A stretch of 64,000 nucleotides of DNA from a virus (IMGVR_UViG_2974529992_000001:3119-67118), one strand, 5' to 3'; positions 28,099 through 37,757 are shown, counted from the stretch's first letter. Translations and numbers: made by a program. Notes: generated by a model not told the origin, from the letters alone.

Positions 28099-28329
28099 AT
28101 GTCCGTTCCGTTCACCAAGGCGTCCCAGCTGACCGGGGAGACCCATACCCGAGTCATCCCCGTATCGCCGAAGGCGCTGGAGGAGTGGTTGGTCGGCCAG
28201 GCCAACGGGTCCGCCCCGCACATCCAGGTCGCCTTCCCCGAGCTGTCCGCAGACGACCGCGAGTTCATCCTCACCGGGATCACGCCCGAGGAGTGGGAGT
28301 CGGCCTTCGGCCCGCTGGCCGACGACTGA
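28099..28329 (+). CDS. Conserved-type small phage protein (76 aa)
   Basis: SD GGAGG; HIQVAFPELSADDREFILTGITPEEW motif. Confidence 0.8.
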   Translation: MSVPFTKASQLTGETHTRVIPVSPKALEEWLVGQANGSAPHIQVAFPELSADDREFILTGITPEEWESAFGPLADD

Positions 28330-28338
28330 CAAAAAGGC

Positions 28339-28378
28339 TTGTGGGGTGTGCGCCCTACCTGTACAGTGCAGGTAGGGC
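28339..28378 (+). promoter_or_regulatory. Promoter with operator-like palindrome centred on the -10 box
   Basis: TTGTGG-17-TACAGT; GCCCTACCTG (28352-28361) / CAGGTAGGGC (28369-28378). Confidence 0.7.
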
Positions 28379-28419
28379 ACCACCCGACAGCATCCGCACC
28401 AAACGATCAGGAGAAGCAA

Positions 28420-28890
28420 GTGAGCGACTACGAGAACAGCTACTACGACCCGAACTACGTGGACCCCGGCGAGATCATCGGCGAAGCCGAGGGCAGCGCC
28501 GGAGCTCTCTGGGAGGCCTGCGCCAAGCTGGCGGAGGCAGCCATCCTCGCCGAGCGCCGAGCGGCCAAGCGTCCCAACGAGCCCGAGTACCTGGAAGGCG
28601 ATCCGCCCGTCGTCCGCTTCTGGAAGCGGTTCCCGGGGGCGATCGCGGCCAACGTGCCGAACACCGGACGTCGCTATCACTACGTGGCGATCGGTATCCG
28701 CCACGAGAAGTACAGCCCTCGAGGGCTTCGTCCGCACCTCGGCGAAACCGAGTGGTTCATCACCGGATCTCGGGAGAAGGGGCGCTCGTTCACCTGGGAG
28801 GGGCTCATGGAGTTCATCGGCGAGGAGTACTGGGACACGGTGGAGGTGCTCCACGGACTCGTGGAGCTGAAGCCCGGAGAGGAGATCTGA
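28420..28890 (+). CDS. Hypothetical protein (156 aa)
   Basis: SD AGGAG, GTG at 28420. Confidence 0.75.
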   Translation: MSDYENSYYDPNYVDPGEIIGEAEGSAGALWEACAKLAEAAILAERRAAKRPNEPEYLEGDPPVVRFWKRFPGAIAANVPNTGRRYHYVAIGIRHEKYSPRGLRPHLGETEWFITGSREKGRSFTWEGLMEFIGEEYWDTVEVLHGLVELKPGEEI

Positions 28891-28891
28891 G

Positions 28892-29683
28892 ATGGCAACC
28901 TGCGGGAAGTGCAAGGGCCACGCCGCCACGGTGGCGGAGATCCGGGCTTGCTACGCCGGACAGCCGAACGCGCACAGCGAAGCGGCCGATGCGAAGCGGA
29001 TCGAGAACCACGGCGACAACCGTGCCTATCTCAACGTTCCGTACGCTGAGAAGGATCGCGTCAAGGCTGAGCCCTTCTACGGCAAGTGGGATCCGCAGAA
29101 GCGTCAGTGGTGGGTTGACAACAAGACCCTGGTCAAGTTCGGGAAGCGCATGCCGGATCACTGGAAGAGCGACATTGCAGCAAAGTCGACCTCCGGTCGC
29201 AGCCCCGAGTCGTTGGAAGAGGGGATCTACTCTACCCCTCCGGGCATCTACTACAAGGTCTATCGCTCGGTCCACGGAATGAATCCCGGCCAGCTCATCA
29301 CGAAGGTGCTCGTCGTCAAGAACGGCTCCGGCAAGTGGGAGTATCGCGGCAAGCGTCCTCTCCGGGAGATTGCCAGCGACGGCAAGCTGCTCAGCCTCGA
29401 AGAGGCCAAGGCGTTCGGCAAGATGTACGGATTCTGTATCCGGTGCGGACGCACGCTCACGGACGAGGGCAGCATCGCCGCCGGAATCGGGCCGATCTGC
29501 GCTGGCAAGTTTCACGAGCAGCCGAAAGTGACGCTCGGTCGGAACCCTGCCAACACCCCGGACCACTCCGTGGATGTTCAGGATCGCGTTCCGCAGTACG
29601 ACGCCGACCCGGAATACGAGCACGAGTTGGTTGGCGGTCGAGGCGAAGACTTCTACGGCACCGACGGGCGATTCCCGATCTAG
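28892..29683 (+). CDS. DUF5710-like plus DUF6011-like zinc-binding protein
   Basis: YLNVPYAEKD..K....KWDP..RQWW and CIRCGRTLTDEGSIAAGIGPIC. Confidence 0.78.
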   Translation: MATCGKCKGHAATVAEIRACYAGQPNAHSEAADAKRIENHGDNRAYLNVPYAEKDRVKAEPFYGKWDPQKRQWWVDNKTLVKFGKRMPDHWKSDIAAKSTSGRSPESLEEGIYSTPPGIYYKVYRSVHGMNPGQLITKVLVVKNGSGKWEYRGKRPLREIASDGKLLSLEEAKAFGKMYGFCIRCGRTLTDEGSIAAGIGPICAGKFHEQPKVTLGRNPANTPDHSVDVQDRVPQYDADPEYEHELVGGRGEDFYGTDGRFPI

Positions 29684-29756
29684 GAACTGTGACGCGGGTG
29701 AGGCTGGTCTACGGACCAGCCGATCCCGGGAGACAGGCTCCCCAAGGAAGGAACAC

Positions 29757-30182
29757 ATGAAGATCAGGACCAAGCTGCTCGCCACCGTTGGCGGAACCAT
29801 CGGAGCGATCGCTGCGCTGACCGCATGCGACCCGAGCGACACGGCTCAGCCCGCGTTCACGCCGGAGGCAGTCGCCATCCACTCCACGACTGCGCCGCTG
29901 GAGACCAGCATGACCCCGGACGCGAAGTACCAGGTGTTCACGGACGAGGACAAGTTCCTCGCACTCCTGGACGACGCCGGAGTCTACTACGCCAGCCCCG
30001 AGGCAGCGGTCAAGATGGCCAAGAGCATCTGCGACACGCGGAGTCGGTACCCCGAGGAGGCAGCGGTGGCCATCCTCTTCGCAGCCAACGCAGAGTCCGG
30101 AGGGGACACCCTCTACACCACGGACGAGCTCACGAGCCTCTACGCGGCGAGCATCGTCATCTACTGCCCGCAGTACTCCTGA
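29757..30182 (+). CDS. DUF732-like lipoprotein
   Basis: Basic N-terminus, hydrophobic core, lipobox LTA-C; DKFLALLDDAGV...AKSICD. Confidence 0.75.
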   Translation: MKIRTKLLATVGGTIGAIAALTACDPSDTAQPAFTPEAVAIHSTTAPLETSMTPDAKYQVFTDEDKFLALLDDAGVYYASPEAAVKMAKSICDTRSRYPEEAAVAILFAANAESGGDTLYTTDELTSLYAASIVIYCPQYS

Positions 30183-30183
30183 C

Positions 30184-30297
30184 ATGTACGGCGAGGACGA
30201 CTGGCTGGAAGCCGAGTACGAAGAACGCTCGCAGCTTCAGCGCGATTTCGAGTTCGAGCGTTACGGCGAGCTCTTGGACGAAGAAGACGACCTGTAG
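30184..30297 (+). CDS. Small acidic peptide (37 aa)
   Basis: Hand translation MYGEDDWLEAEYEERS...; directly follows the previous stop. Confidence 0.5.
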   Translation: MYGEDDWLEAEYEERSQLQRDFEFERYGELLDEEDDL

Positions 30298-30361
30298 CCA
30301 AGGACACCTAGGCCGTGCTAACCTGTACAGGTAGGGGTTACACGCAAGGTAAGGATCAGGG

Positions 30362-30571
30362 ATGAAGGCACAGTACGGAAGCCCTCCGGAACCCACGCCG
30401 GAGGAGGAGGCCTTCGCAGAAAAGGCCATCGCGGTCATGGGAGAACTTGGCCTTCCGGCCGAGTACCGTCACATCGTGGAGGACCTTCTCTGCACGTGGG
30501 AGCCGGAAGACATCGATCACGAGAAGGTGGAGGCGATGTACGCCGTCCACCGTGGGACAGGAGCTATGTGA
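30362..30571 (+). CDS. Hypothetical protein (69 aa)
   Basis: AAGGA upstream; TGATG overlap with the next gene. Confidence 0.65.
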   Translation: MKAQYGSPPEPTPEEEAFAEKAIAVMGELGLPAEYRHIVEDLLCTWEPEDIDHEKVEAMYAVHRGTGAM

Positions 30572-31014
30572 TGACCGAAGCTGTTGTGGATATCGAGTTC
30601 CCAATGGAGCTGTCAAACGAGCTCCTGGACTCCATCCTCGTCACCGCTTTCGACGGGGACGTCGGGGGCTCCAACTACTGGCTCGCCGGAGCAGAAGTGA
30701 GCATCGACAGGAAGGATACCGGCGGACCGTACTCGTACACGCGATGGGTCGCCGTGGACATCAAGTACACGGACTCCGGCTCGGAAGAGCCCGAGGACGA
30801 GGACGACGAGCTGCACGAGTTCCGCCTGGACGCCGAGGCGATCGCCAGGGGTCTGCGAACCGTGATCAAGCGCAAGCGCGAAGACGGCAAGCCCTCGGAC
30901 AGGGCGAAGCACGTCCTCGAGGCTCTGGTCACGAACGACGGCGGCATGATCGACGCGGACGACGCGGACTTGATCGTGCAGTACGCGGTCTTCGGCAAGG
31001 CGGTGTTCGGATGA
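30571..31014 (+). CDS. Conserved-type phage protein (147 aa)
   Basis: TAFDG..GGSNYW and IDADDADLIVQYAVFG motifs. Confidence 0.78.
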   Translation: MTEAVVDIEFPMELSNELLDSILVTAFDGDVGGSNYWLAGAEVSIDRKDTGGPYSYTRWVAVDIKYTDSGSEEPEDEDDELHEFRLDAEAIARGLRTVIKRKREDGKPSDRAKHVLEALVTNDGGMIDADDADLIVQYAVFGKAVFG

Positions 31015-32051
31015 GCGAGGACCGCAGGCTGCGCATCATCGAGAACCTCCTGATCAAGGCGTCCCACGAGGGCACGCCGGAGCACGAGCGAATCGCCAGC
31101 CAAGAACAGGCCGATCGCCTCATGGCGCAGTATCAGATCGACCGGGCGATGCTGAACTTCAACCGGGACGAGAAGGAGGTCCGCCAGCCTGTAGAGCGAG
31201 ACTACGAGACCGTGGACATCGTCCAGGACGGTTCCGTTCGAGGCTCAACGTACAACTGGAAAACCAACAGGCTCACCATGTCTCGCGACACCGAGGAGTA
31301 CGCCATCCAGGGCGTGATCTCCGGAATACGCGGCAAAGTCTTCCGGCACGCCGGATGCATGTGGTTCTTCGCCAACAACAAGACTCGGGCGATCGGGTAC
31401 GAGGAAGACCTCATGTTCGCCGAGATGCTGTGGCTCGGCGTCTTCAGCGACATCATGACCAAGATGTTCCCGACCTGGGACGCCAGCCGTGGGTTCGACG
31501 AGAACGTGTACCGACTCAAGAAGGCCGGATACAGCTGGAGCCAGGTTCGCGAGATCGGCCTGAAGAACCAGGCGAAGGACGCCTACGGCATGCTCACCGA
31601 GAAGAACGCGGGCAGCAAACTCCGGAACGGATTCAAGCGCCACGCCACCAAGATCGGCGAGGAGGTGCTCCCCGGAAAGCGACAGCCTTCCAACCCGCAC
31701 CTCTGGCGGAGAAGCTTCATCGACTCGTATTCAGCTACGCTAAGTCAGCGTATGGCTGCGCTGAAGGCTGGCCGTGAGGAGTACTTCGACAAGACGAATC
31801 TCCCTGCCATGACGCAGGACAAGGATCGTGTTCGTCAGCGAATGTACGAGCTGTATCCGGAACTCGACCCGGCAAATCGGCCTAAGCCGGATCCGGACCA
31901 GGAAGCGGCTCCGCGCAAGCCGACCAAGGCTGTCAAGCAGAAGATTCGCCATGCGGACCCGGACGCTTGGGCAGCGGGGCACTCCGCCGCCTCCAAGATC
32001 AACCTGCGGAACGACAAGGCCGCAGGCGACAGAAAGGAACAACTGGCATGA
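31011..32051 (+). CDS. DUF2786-like domain protein (346 aa)
   Basis: N-terminal RIIENLLIKAS...PEHE...QADRLMAQYQI; ATGA overlap. Confidence 0.78.
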   Translation: MSEDRRLRIIENLLIKASHEGTPEHERIASQEQADRLMAQYQIDRAMLNFNRDEKEVRQPVERDYETVDIVQDGSVRGSTYNWKTNRLTMSRDTEEYAIQGVISGIRGKVFRHAGCMWFFANNKTRAIGYEEDLMFAEMLWLGVFSDIMTKMFPTWDASRGFDENVYRLKKAGYSWSQVREIGLKNQAKDAYGMLTEKNAGSKLRNGFKRHATKIGEEVLPGKRQPSNPHLWRRSFIDSYSATLSQRMAALKAGREEYFDKTNLPAMTQDKDRVRQRMYELYPELDPANRPKPDPDQEAAPRKPTKAVKQKIRHADPDAWAAGHSAASKINLRNDKAAGDRKEQLA

Positions 32052-32323
32052 CACAGTTCGTGGACGAGATTCCACCACCGCCGAAGAACACCGGTAACCT
32101 CGACAAAGACCTAGCCGCGTTCGCGGAGGACCTGAAGAAGAAGCCGATGTGCTGGGCGGAGTGGCCACGCGAGTTCCCTTCGGCCAGCGTGGCAGGGTCC
32201 ACGCGCTCGAACATCCGCCGGGGTAGCTACACCTCGTTTCGTCCTCCGGAGCATTTCGAGACTCACACGCGCAAGCGGAAGCTCTTCGTGCGATACGTCG
32301 GAGAGAAGGGGGCAGAGTCGTGA
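32048..32323 (+). CDS. Hypothetical protein (91 aa)
   Basis: SD AAAGGA; ATGA overlap. Confidence 0.7.
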   Translation: MTQFVDEIPPPPKNTGNLDKDLAAFAEDLKKKPMCWAEWPREFPSASVAGSTRSNIRRGSYTSFRPPEHFETHTRKRKLFVRYVGEKGAES

Positions 32324-32724
32324 GCAGGAAGGTCGCCTTCTACTACATGTCCACCGAAGTCGATCGCAAGGGCGTTCGCATGATAACCGACCAGGTGGAC
32401 GAGGCGCTCATGGTCGAGCTGAAGGGGCAGATCGTGCCCATCGCGGCCGGGTTCTACGTCGGAAGCTACGGCGTCCAGCAGTACAAGCGCCGCTTGAAGA
32501 TCTGGTCGCATCTCCTCGATCTCATGGAGAAGGAGCAAGATCTGGAAGAACAGATCGATCAGCAGATGGTCGGGCACGGTGCGCAAGAGGAGATGAGTCT
32601 CCTGCAAGCTCGAATGCAAGGCGTTCGGGAAGCTCTAGCCATGCTAGGGTATGGCAATATCGGTCTCGACGCCCTCAAACTCATTGAGGCGCAGGCCGAC
32701 ATCCGATACGATCAGGAGTTGTGA
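32320..32724 (+). CDS. Hypothetical protein (134 aa)
   Basis: Coupled ORF. Confidence 0.7.
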   Translation: MSRKVAFYYMSTEVDRKGVRMITDQVDEALMVELKGQIVPIAAGFYVGSYGVQQYKRRLKIWSHLLDLMEKEQDLEEQIDQQMVGHGAQEEMSLLQARMQGVREALAMLGYGNIGLDALKLIEAQADIRYDQEL

Positions 32725-32891
32725 TGTACGAAGAGCACGAGGAGCAGTGGAACGGTGTCGTCTCCAGGGTGTGTCAGCACTATGACAACGCCATGGAAGA
32801 CCTGGATTTTGCCCCATACTTCACCGTGGACGACGTGGACGAGCTTCCGATACTCAGGGAAGCCCTCGTCGCAGCGAGGTATGCATTATGA
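32724..32891 (+). CDS. Small acidic protein (55 aa)
   Basis: Hand translation MYEEHEEQWNG...ARYAL; overlaps both neighbours by coupled codons. Confidence 0.6.
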   Translation: MYEEHEEQWNGVVSRVCQHYDNAMEDLDFAPYFTVDDVDELPILREALVAARYAL

Positions 32892-33091
32892 AGGTGGTCT
32901 TCTGGGACGATACCACAAAGCAGGACGTAACAATTCTCGACGCAGAGGAGAAGGCGGTCTGCACGTGGCCGGAATGCAACGAGCGCGCAGTCGTCCAATT
33001 ACGAATCACCGGCTCGGTGCCTCATCATGAGTGCAGAGTTCACGCAGACAACATCCTCAGCAAGCTCATCTTCATAGGAGTTCTTCCATGA
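32888..33091 (+). CDS. Small Cys/His protein (67 aa)
   Basis: CTWPEC...HECRVH; ATGA overlaps. Confidence 0.65.
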   Translation: MKVVFWDDTTKQDVTILDAEEKAVCTWPECNERAVVQLRITGSVPHHECRVHADNILSKLIFIGVLP

Positions 33092-33708
33092 GTCTGGAGA
33101 AGGCAAACAAGTTCATTGGAACCGCTCGCGAGAGTGGCTGGGAGACCAAGTGGAACTGTGACGAAGAACACACGTGGTTCCGGGTGACGGCCACACGCGG
33201 TCCGGAGACCCTGATCATCGAATGGCAGAATCGGCAGTTGGCCTTCTCGCCGTCCTACCAGCTTCACGAGATGAAAGTCAAGGTGCACAGCACGAAGGAC
33301 GCCTACCGGCTCGTGCAAGCACCCAAGCCCGACATGGATCGATACGTCAAGTGGCAGAGCAGGCAGCGGGCAGCAAACCGCAGGCTAAACGGTGAGGCCG
33401 CTGCCATGTCAGAACCGGCCGAAAACGTGGAGTACGAGCTCCCCTTCGACATTAACGCTGACGAGGACAGCACTATCCTCAAGGCGATCCGCGGAAACAC
33501 AATCGTCTGGAGGAACAGCATCTCCAAGACCGTCGAGTCCTGCTTCGTTCCGTATCGCACGAGCGATAACAAGGTCTTCAACTGGGATCTCCAGAACGTC
33601 TTCTATCTCGCCGAGGGCGAAACCACCGGCAAGTCCTACTTGTCCTTCATGGACAGCAACGGCCAGTTCCGGGCCGTACATCTCGAAGCATTGATCGGGG
33701 TCGTGTGA
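33088..33708 (+). CDS. Hypothetical protein (206 aa)
   Basis: SD AGGAG, ATG at 33088. Confidence 0.75.
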   Translation: MSLEKANKFIGTARESGWETKWNCDEEHTWFRVTATRGPETLIIEWQNRQLAFSPSYQLHEMKVKVHSTKDAYRLVQAPKPDMDRYVKWQSRQRAANRRLNGEAAAMSEPAENVEYELPFDINADEDSTILKAIRGNTIVWRNSISKTVESCFVPYRTSDNKVFNWDLQNVFYLAEGETTGKSYLSFMDSNGQFRAVHLEALIGVV

Positions 33709-34418
33709 TGACCAAAACCAGAAACGTAAGCAAAAGAAATATCGCTTACACTGACGGAAGATCTGCTTGGCAGGAGGACGAAGATCGATTTCTAGAGGAA
33801 AATTGCAAATTGGCAACTATCCCTCAAATGGCCAAGTTTCTGGGGAGGACCGTTCCTTCCGTAACAGGAAGAATGAAGAAGCTAGGTCTAAGCGGAGGTC
33901 CAAGAGGTGTCAACAAGGATCCGTTCCGCATGCCTTCTGGAGCGATTCTCATTGCCAGAACCTGCCTGAAATGCGGTCTTTTCCTCCCAGAGAATTGGTT
34001 CCACGTCTCTCATAAAATTCACAGAGATCAGTATTGCAAGTCTTGCAGGAACGGAATCGGGAAAAGTCGTGATCGTAAAGAGTATACGAGAATTGGCAAC
34101 GAGAAAGAGAAAGCGAAGAACGTCGTAACATCTAAGATGGCGACCAGAGTTGGGATCTCGTGGGAGGAAGAAGAGGATAGCTATCTTCGCGAGAACTATA
34201 AGGAGAAGGGCGACTTTCAACTTGCAATAGAGATGGGTCGAACCATGAAAGCCATAACTCATCGAAGGCATGTTCTAGGATTAAGCAAGAACAGGATCAG
34301 GTACACCGACCCAAGGAATGAGATGTGGGTCATTCACTTCCCGAACGCCATGAAGGCTCTTCGGGAAGAGTTCAAAAAGCTGGGTATTCCAGAAGAAGAA
34401 TGGGACTGGAACGATTGA
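33705..34418 (+). CDS. Myb/SANT-like HTH - zinc finger - Myb/SANT-like HTH protein
   Basis: WQEDEDRFLEEN...MAKFLGRT..SV; CLKC...CKSC; WEEEEDSYLREN...LAIEMGRT..AI; low GC. Confidence 0.75.
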   Translation: MMTKTRNVSKRNIAYTDGRSAWQEDEDRFLEENCKLATIPQMAKFLGRTVPSVTGRMKKLGLSGGPRGVNKDPFRMPSGAILIARTCLKCGLFLPENWFHVSHKIHRDQYCKSCRNGIGKSRDRKEYTRIGNEKEKAKNVVTSKMATRVGISWEEEEDSYLRENYKEKGDFQLAIEMGRTMKAITHRRHVLGLSKNRIRYTDPRNEMWVIHFPNAMKALREEFKKLGIPEEEWDWND

Positions 34419-34454
34419 GTGTGGTACGGTTAGCTCGAAAGGTAAGGTGATCGC

Positions 34455-36506
34455 ATGGGAACAATCTGGCTAGACAAGGTTGGCAACAAGCTCATCCTCA
34501 AGAGCGATTGGCACGACACCATCGCTGCTCGCTGCAAGGAGGTGGGCGGGGGTCGCTGGGATCCCAAACGCAAGGCTTGGGTCTACGACCTTCACTGGCA
34601 CGTGTGTCTCCGCATTCGAAAGCTCGTGGCCACCCCTCTCGGATGGCCCATCAGGCTCAGCACCGACATGAAGGAGTGGGCGGAAGCCGAGAAGCTCCGC
34701 CAGGACTCCATACCTGACCCCACCGAACAGAAGCTGATCCAACTGGCTCTGAGCGGGAGCAGCCCCAGGATCTGGGACGCCGTTTCTACTCGCAAGTTCC
34801 AGACCGTAGGGATCGATTTCGGCAACCGAGTTCGCCGCTTCGTCCTGGCGGACGATCCAGGTCTGGGTAAGACTCTCCAGACAATCGGTATGGTCGAAGA
34901 GGCGCAGCTTCACGGACCGATCCTCGTGGTCGCGAACAAGTCCGCACAACAGATCACGTGGCCGAATGAGATTCGTAAGTGGACCGACGACAAGGTCGTC
35001 GTCTTCGATACGACGATCCCGAAGGCGCAGCGCGGGAAGCTGATCACGGACCTGTTCGACGAGTGGGAGCAGAACCCCGAGATGCGGACCTGGGTCATCA
35101 TGAATCCGTACTGGGTTCGTATGAAGGCCGAGGTGGACGACTACGGCAAGTTCCTGAGGACTGAGAAGGGTCTCAAGATCGTTCGTGCCGAGGTGCCCGA
35201 ACTTTTCATGGAGTACTGGGCAGGCGTGTTCGCCGACGAGTCTCACGAGACGCTGGCGACCAGTACCGGCAACGCGAAGAAGTGGTCTCAGCAGCGGCAA
35301 GGCATGGGCGCACTGAACGTGATGGACAACGGATTCAAGGTCAGTATCTCTGGAACCCCGATGCGCGGCAAGCCGACGAACATGTTCGGTCAGCTGAACT
35401 GGCTCTACCCGGAGCAGTACACGGGATTCTGGCCGTGGGCCAAGCGTCATTTCGCGGTCACAGACGAGGGTTACGGTGGTGCTCTGGAGGTCGGCGAACT
35501 CCTCAACCCGAAGGACTTCTACAAGGAGATCGCGCCGATAATGATCCGGCGTACCAAGGCCATGGTGGCTTCTGACTTGCCACCCAAGCAGTACGGTGGC
35601 ACCGAGCACCCCGCAGGCGACGTCGTGGGCGTGTGGTTGCCACTCCTGCCCGCACAGCAGAAGGCATACGACCAATTCGTCAAGTCAGGAACCTACACCG
35701 ACGAGAACGACGTGTCGCTGGAAGCGATCGGTGGACTGGCTCAGTTCACTCGTATGAAGCAACTCGCCACGAGCCTCGGGCACGTGGAGAAGAGGCTGGT
35801 CCCGATCCCCAAGATCTACGAGGATCACGTCTACGACCCGGATAGCGACCAGATCCTCCACTTCAAGGGTGAGAAGATCAAGCTGCCCAACGGCCGGATC
35901 GACTACATGGTTGACGAGGTCACTGGTGAGAAGCTCACCATGACCAAGGACGTGTTCGTTCCGGAGCTACCCTCGAACAAATGGGAATGGCTCAAGGAAT
36001 GGCTGATGGAGCGCGACCTTCTCGGCAAGGAAGCGAAGGGCACCGGAAAGGTACTGATCGCTAGCCAATTCCGCCAGGTGCTGAATTTGTTCCGGGATGA
36101 GCTGAAAGAGCTAGGGACAGAATCGTTCGCTATCACTGGCGAAACCAGCGCCAAGAATCGCGTGAAGATTCAGGACCAGTTTCAGAACAATCCGGACAGC
36201 CCGAAGATTTGCTTCTTGCAGACCGTAGCCGCTGGGACATCCCTGACGCTGGACGCGGCAGACGATGTGATTATTCTGGACGAGATGTGGGACCCGGATA
36301 AGCAGACGCAGCTGGAAGATCGCGCACACCGATTGTCGCGCGTGGATCACACGGTGACAATCTGGTACGTGCGCAGCCTCGGAACCATTGAGGAAGACAT
36401 CGGCGTCACCGTGAGCGAGCGGTTTGACATCTGCCACGCAGTGCTGAACGGTACGAAGGAAGAGTCTCGAGCCGCTCGTAGACGGCTACTGCCGAAGGCC
36501 GCGTGA
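34455..36506 (+). CDS. SNF2-family (SF2) helicase
   Basis: DDPGLGKT, DESH, SGTP, C-terminal QLEDRAHRL. Confidence 0.92.
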   Translation: MGTIWLDKVGNKLILKSDWHDTIAARCKEVGGGRWDPKRKAWVYDLHWHVCLRIRKLVATPLGWPIRLSTDMKEWAEAEKLRQDSIPDPTEQKLIQLALSGSSPRIWDAVSTRKFQTVGIDFGNRVRRFVLADDPGLGKTLQTIGMVEEAQLHGPILVVANKSAQQITWPNEIRKWTDDKVVVFDTTIPKAQRGKLITDLFDEWEQNPEMRTWVIMNPYWVRMKAEVDDYGKFLRTEKGLKIVRAEVPELFMEYWAGVFADESHETLATSTGNAKKWSQQRQGMGALNVMDNGFKVSISGTPMRGKPTNMFGQLNWLYPEQYTGFWPWAKRHFAVTDEGYGGALEVGELLNPKDFYKEIAPIMIRRTKAMVASDLPPKQYGGTEHPAGDVVGVWLPLLPAQQKAYDQFVKSGTYTDENDVSLEAIGGLAQFTRMKQLATSLGHVEKRLVPIPKIYEDHVYDPDSDQILHFKGEKIKLPNGRIDYMVDEVTGEKLTMTKDVFVPELPSNKWEWLKEWLMERDLLGKEAKGTGKVLIASQFRQVLNLFRDELKELGTESFAITGETSAKNRVKIQDQFQNNPDSPKICFLQTVAAGTSLTLDAADDVIILDEMWDPDKQTQLEDRAHRLSRVDHTVTIWYVRSLGTIEEDIGVTVSERFDICHAVLNGTKEESRAARRRLLPKAA

Positions 36507-37003
36507 TGGCCAGCCCTCAGAGGAAGAGGAAGCGAGAGAGATTCTATCTGGAGTGCGTGGAGACCGAGGCACCATGCTGGATATGCGGAGAGCCGATCGA
36601 GTATTTGGATGCAGACGGAGAGCCGATCTTGGAAGGGCCTTGGTCGTTCTCTCTGGACCACTACGAGACTGTGTGCGCCAAACCCGAGCTTGAGTGGAAT
36701 TACGACAACTGGAGGGCGAGCCATCACCTCTGTAATCAACGGAGGGGCGCTCGGAGGCCATCCAGATCTATATGGATAGGCTCTAAAGAACTTGGCCGAT
36801 GGCAGTACAAGGAGCCAGACGACAAATATCGACGCCGAATAGCTCGAGAAGAACAGAAGTACAGGATCATGACTGGCGTTATCTCTCAGGACGAGCTGCC
36901 AGAGACGATCGTCACACAAGTTCAGGAACAGCAGCTCGTACAGAAGCTCTTCAATCAGGAGATGCTACAACAGATTATCAGGAGGGTTCACGACGATGAG
37001 TAA
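36503..37003 (+). CDS. HNH endonuclease
   Basis: CWIC...SLDH...NWRASHHLCNQRRG. Confidence 0.85.
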   Translation: MMASPQRKRKRERFYLECVETEAPCWICGEPIEYLDADGEPILEGPWSFSLDHYETVCAKPELEWNYDNWRASHHLCNQRRGARRPSRSIWIGSKELGRWQYKEPDDKYRRRIAREEQKYRIMTGVISQDELPETIVTQVQEQQLVQKLFNQEMLQQIIRRVHDDE

Positions 37004-37213
37004 CGTAGGGCTGGACTATCCACGCGAGATGGCTCGGATCCGAGGAGCCAATCGACGAGGGCTGGTGGGGATCGTGCGAGGCAAAGACGGGTCGGCGGAC
37101 TTGGTGATCAAGTGCGCACCCGGAACCCCACTGGAGACGATCCGCAGAGTCAGGTCGAACTAAAAACGGAAGGACACCTGGCACGACAAGCACTGGAAGA
37201 GAGATGACCAACG

Positions 37214-37618
37214 ATGATTGAAGCATGGGAGTATGCAGGATTCTTCGCTTGTGGCTTCGGGGGAGCCGTGGCCGGATGGGCGAGGTCTCGGAAGAAGTAC
37301 AACGACACAATTCGAGAATACGAGTACGGCACCGCCAGGCTGCAAGCGGACAGCGCTGTCGCGCAGCAGAAGCTGTTCGACCTGAGGCGCGACATCGACA
37401 AGGTCGTCGAGAAGAAGTTTCGGGAACGCCTGGCGGAATGGAATCCCGATCAGGACGACATCGAGGCGGACTTCCGCAAGGCGGAGTACATGGCAGAGAA
37501 GCGGGAGATGCTGGACGCAGGGCGTCTCCACCCGCCTGTGGTGAAGGATGGCGAGCCAGCACGGATTTCACGTGTCTCCTTCCGTCATCCCAAGTCAAAA
37601 GGAGAGGGCCGAAACTAG
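37214..37618 (+). CDS. Membrane-anchored hypothetical protein (134 aa)
   Basis: N-terminal hydrophobic segment then coiled coil. Confidence 0.65.
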   Translation: MIEAWEYAGFFACGFGGAVAGWARSRKKYNDTIREYEYGTARLQADSAVAQQKLFDLRRDIDKVVEKKFRERLAEWNPDQDDIEADFRKAEYMAEKREMLDAGRLHPPVVKDGEPARISRVSFRHPKSKGEGRN

Positions 37619-37659
37619 GAGCTCTCACCAAAAAGTTGCAACAAAGTTTGTTGTTTTGC

Positions 37660-37688
37660 TTGCAATGCCCGATCAGGTAGGGTAACGT
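37660..37688 (+). promoter_or_regulatory. Sigma-A-like promoter
   Basis: TTGCAA-17-TAACGT; AT-rich upstream; CAGGTAGGG in the spacer. Confidence 0.72.
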
Positions 37689-37757
37689 AGTACTTGCACC
37701 GCCCGAGAGGGCAGCAGTCGCCCAGGGTGGGCGAACCGTCCAGAGGAAGGGACCACA

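Noticed and set aside
36996-37163. 55-aa ORF after the HNH gene
   Set aside because: Open and overlapping the HNH stop, but with no motif and weak support; not listed as a feature.
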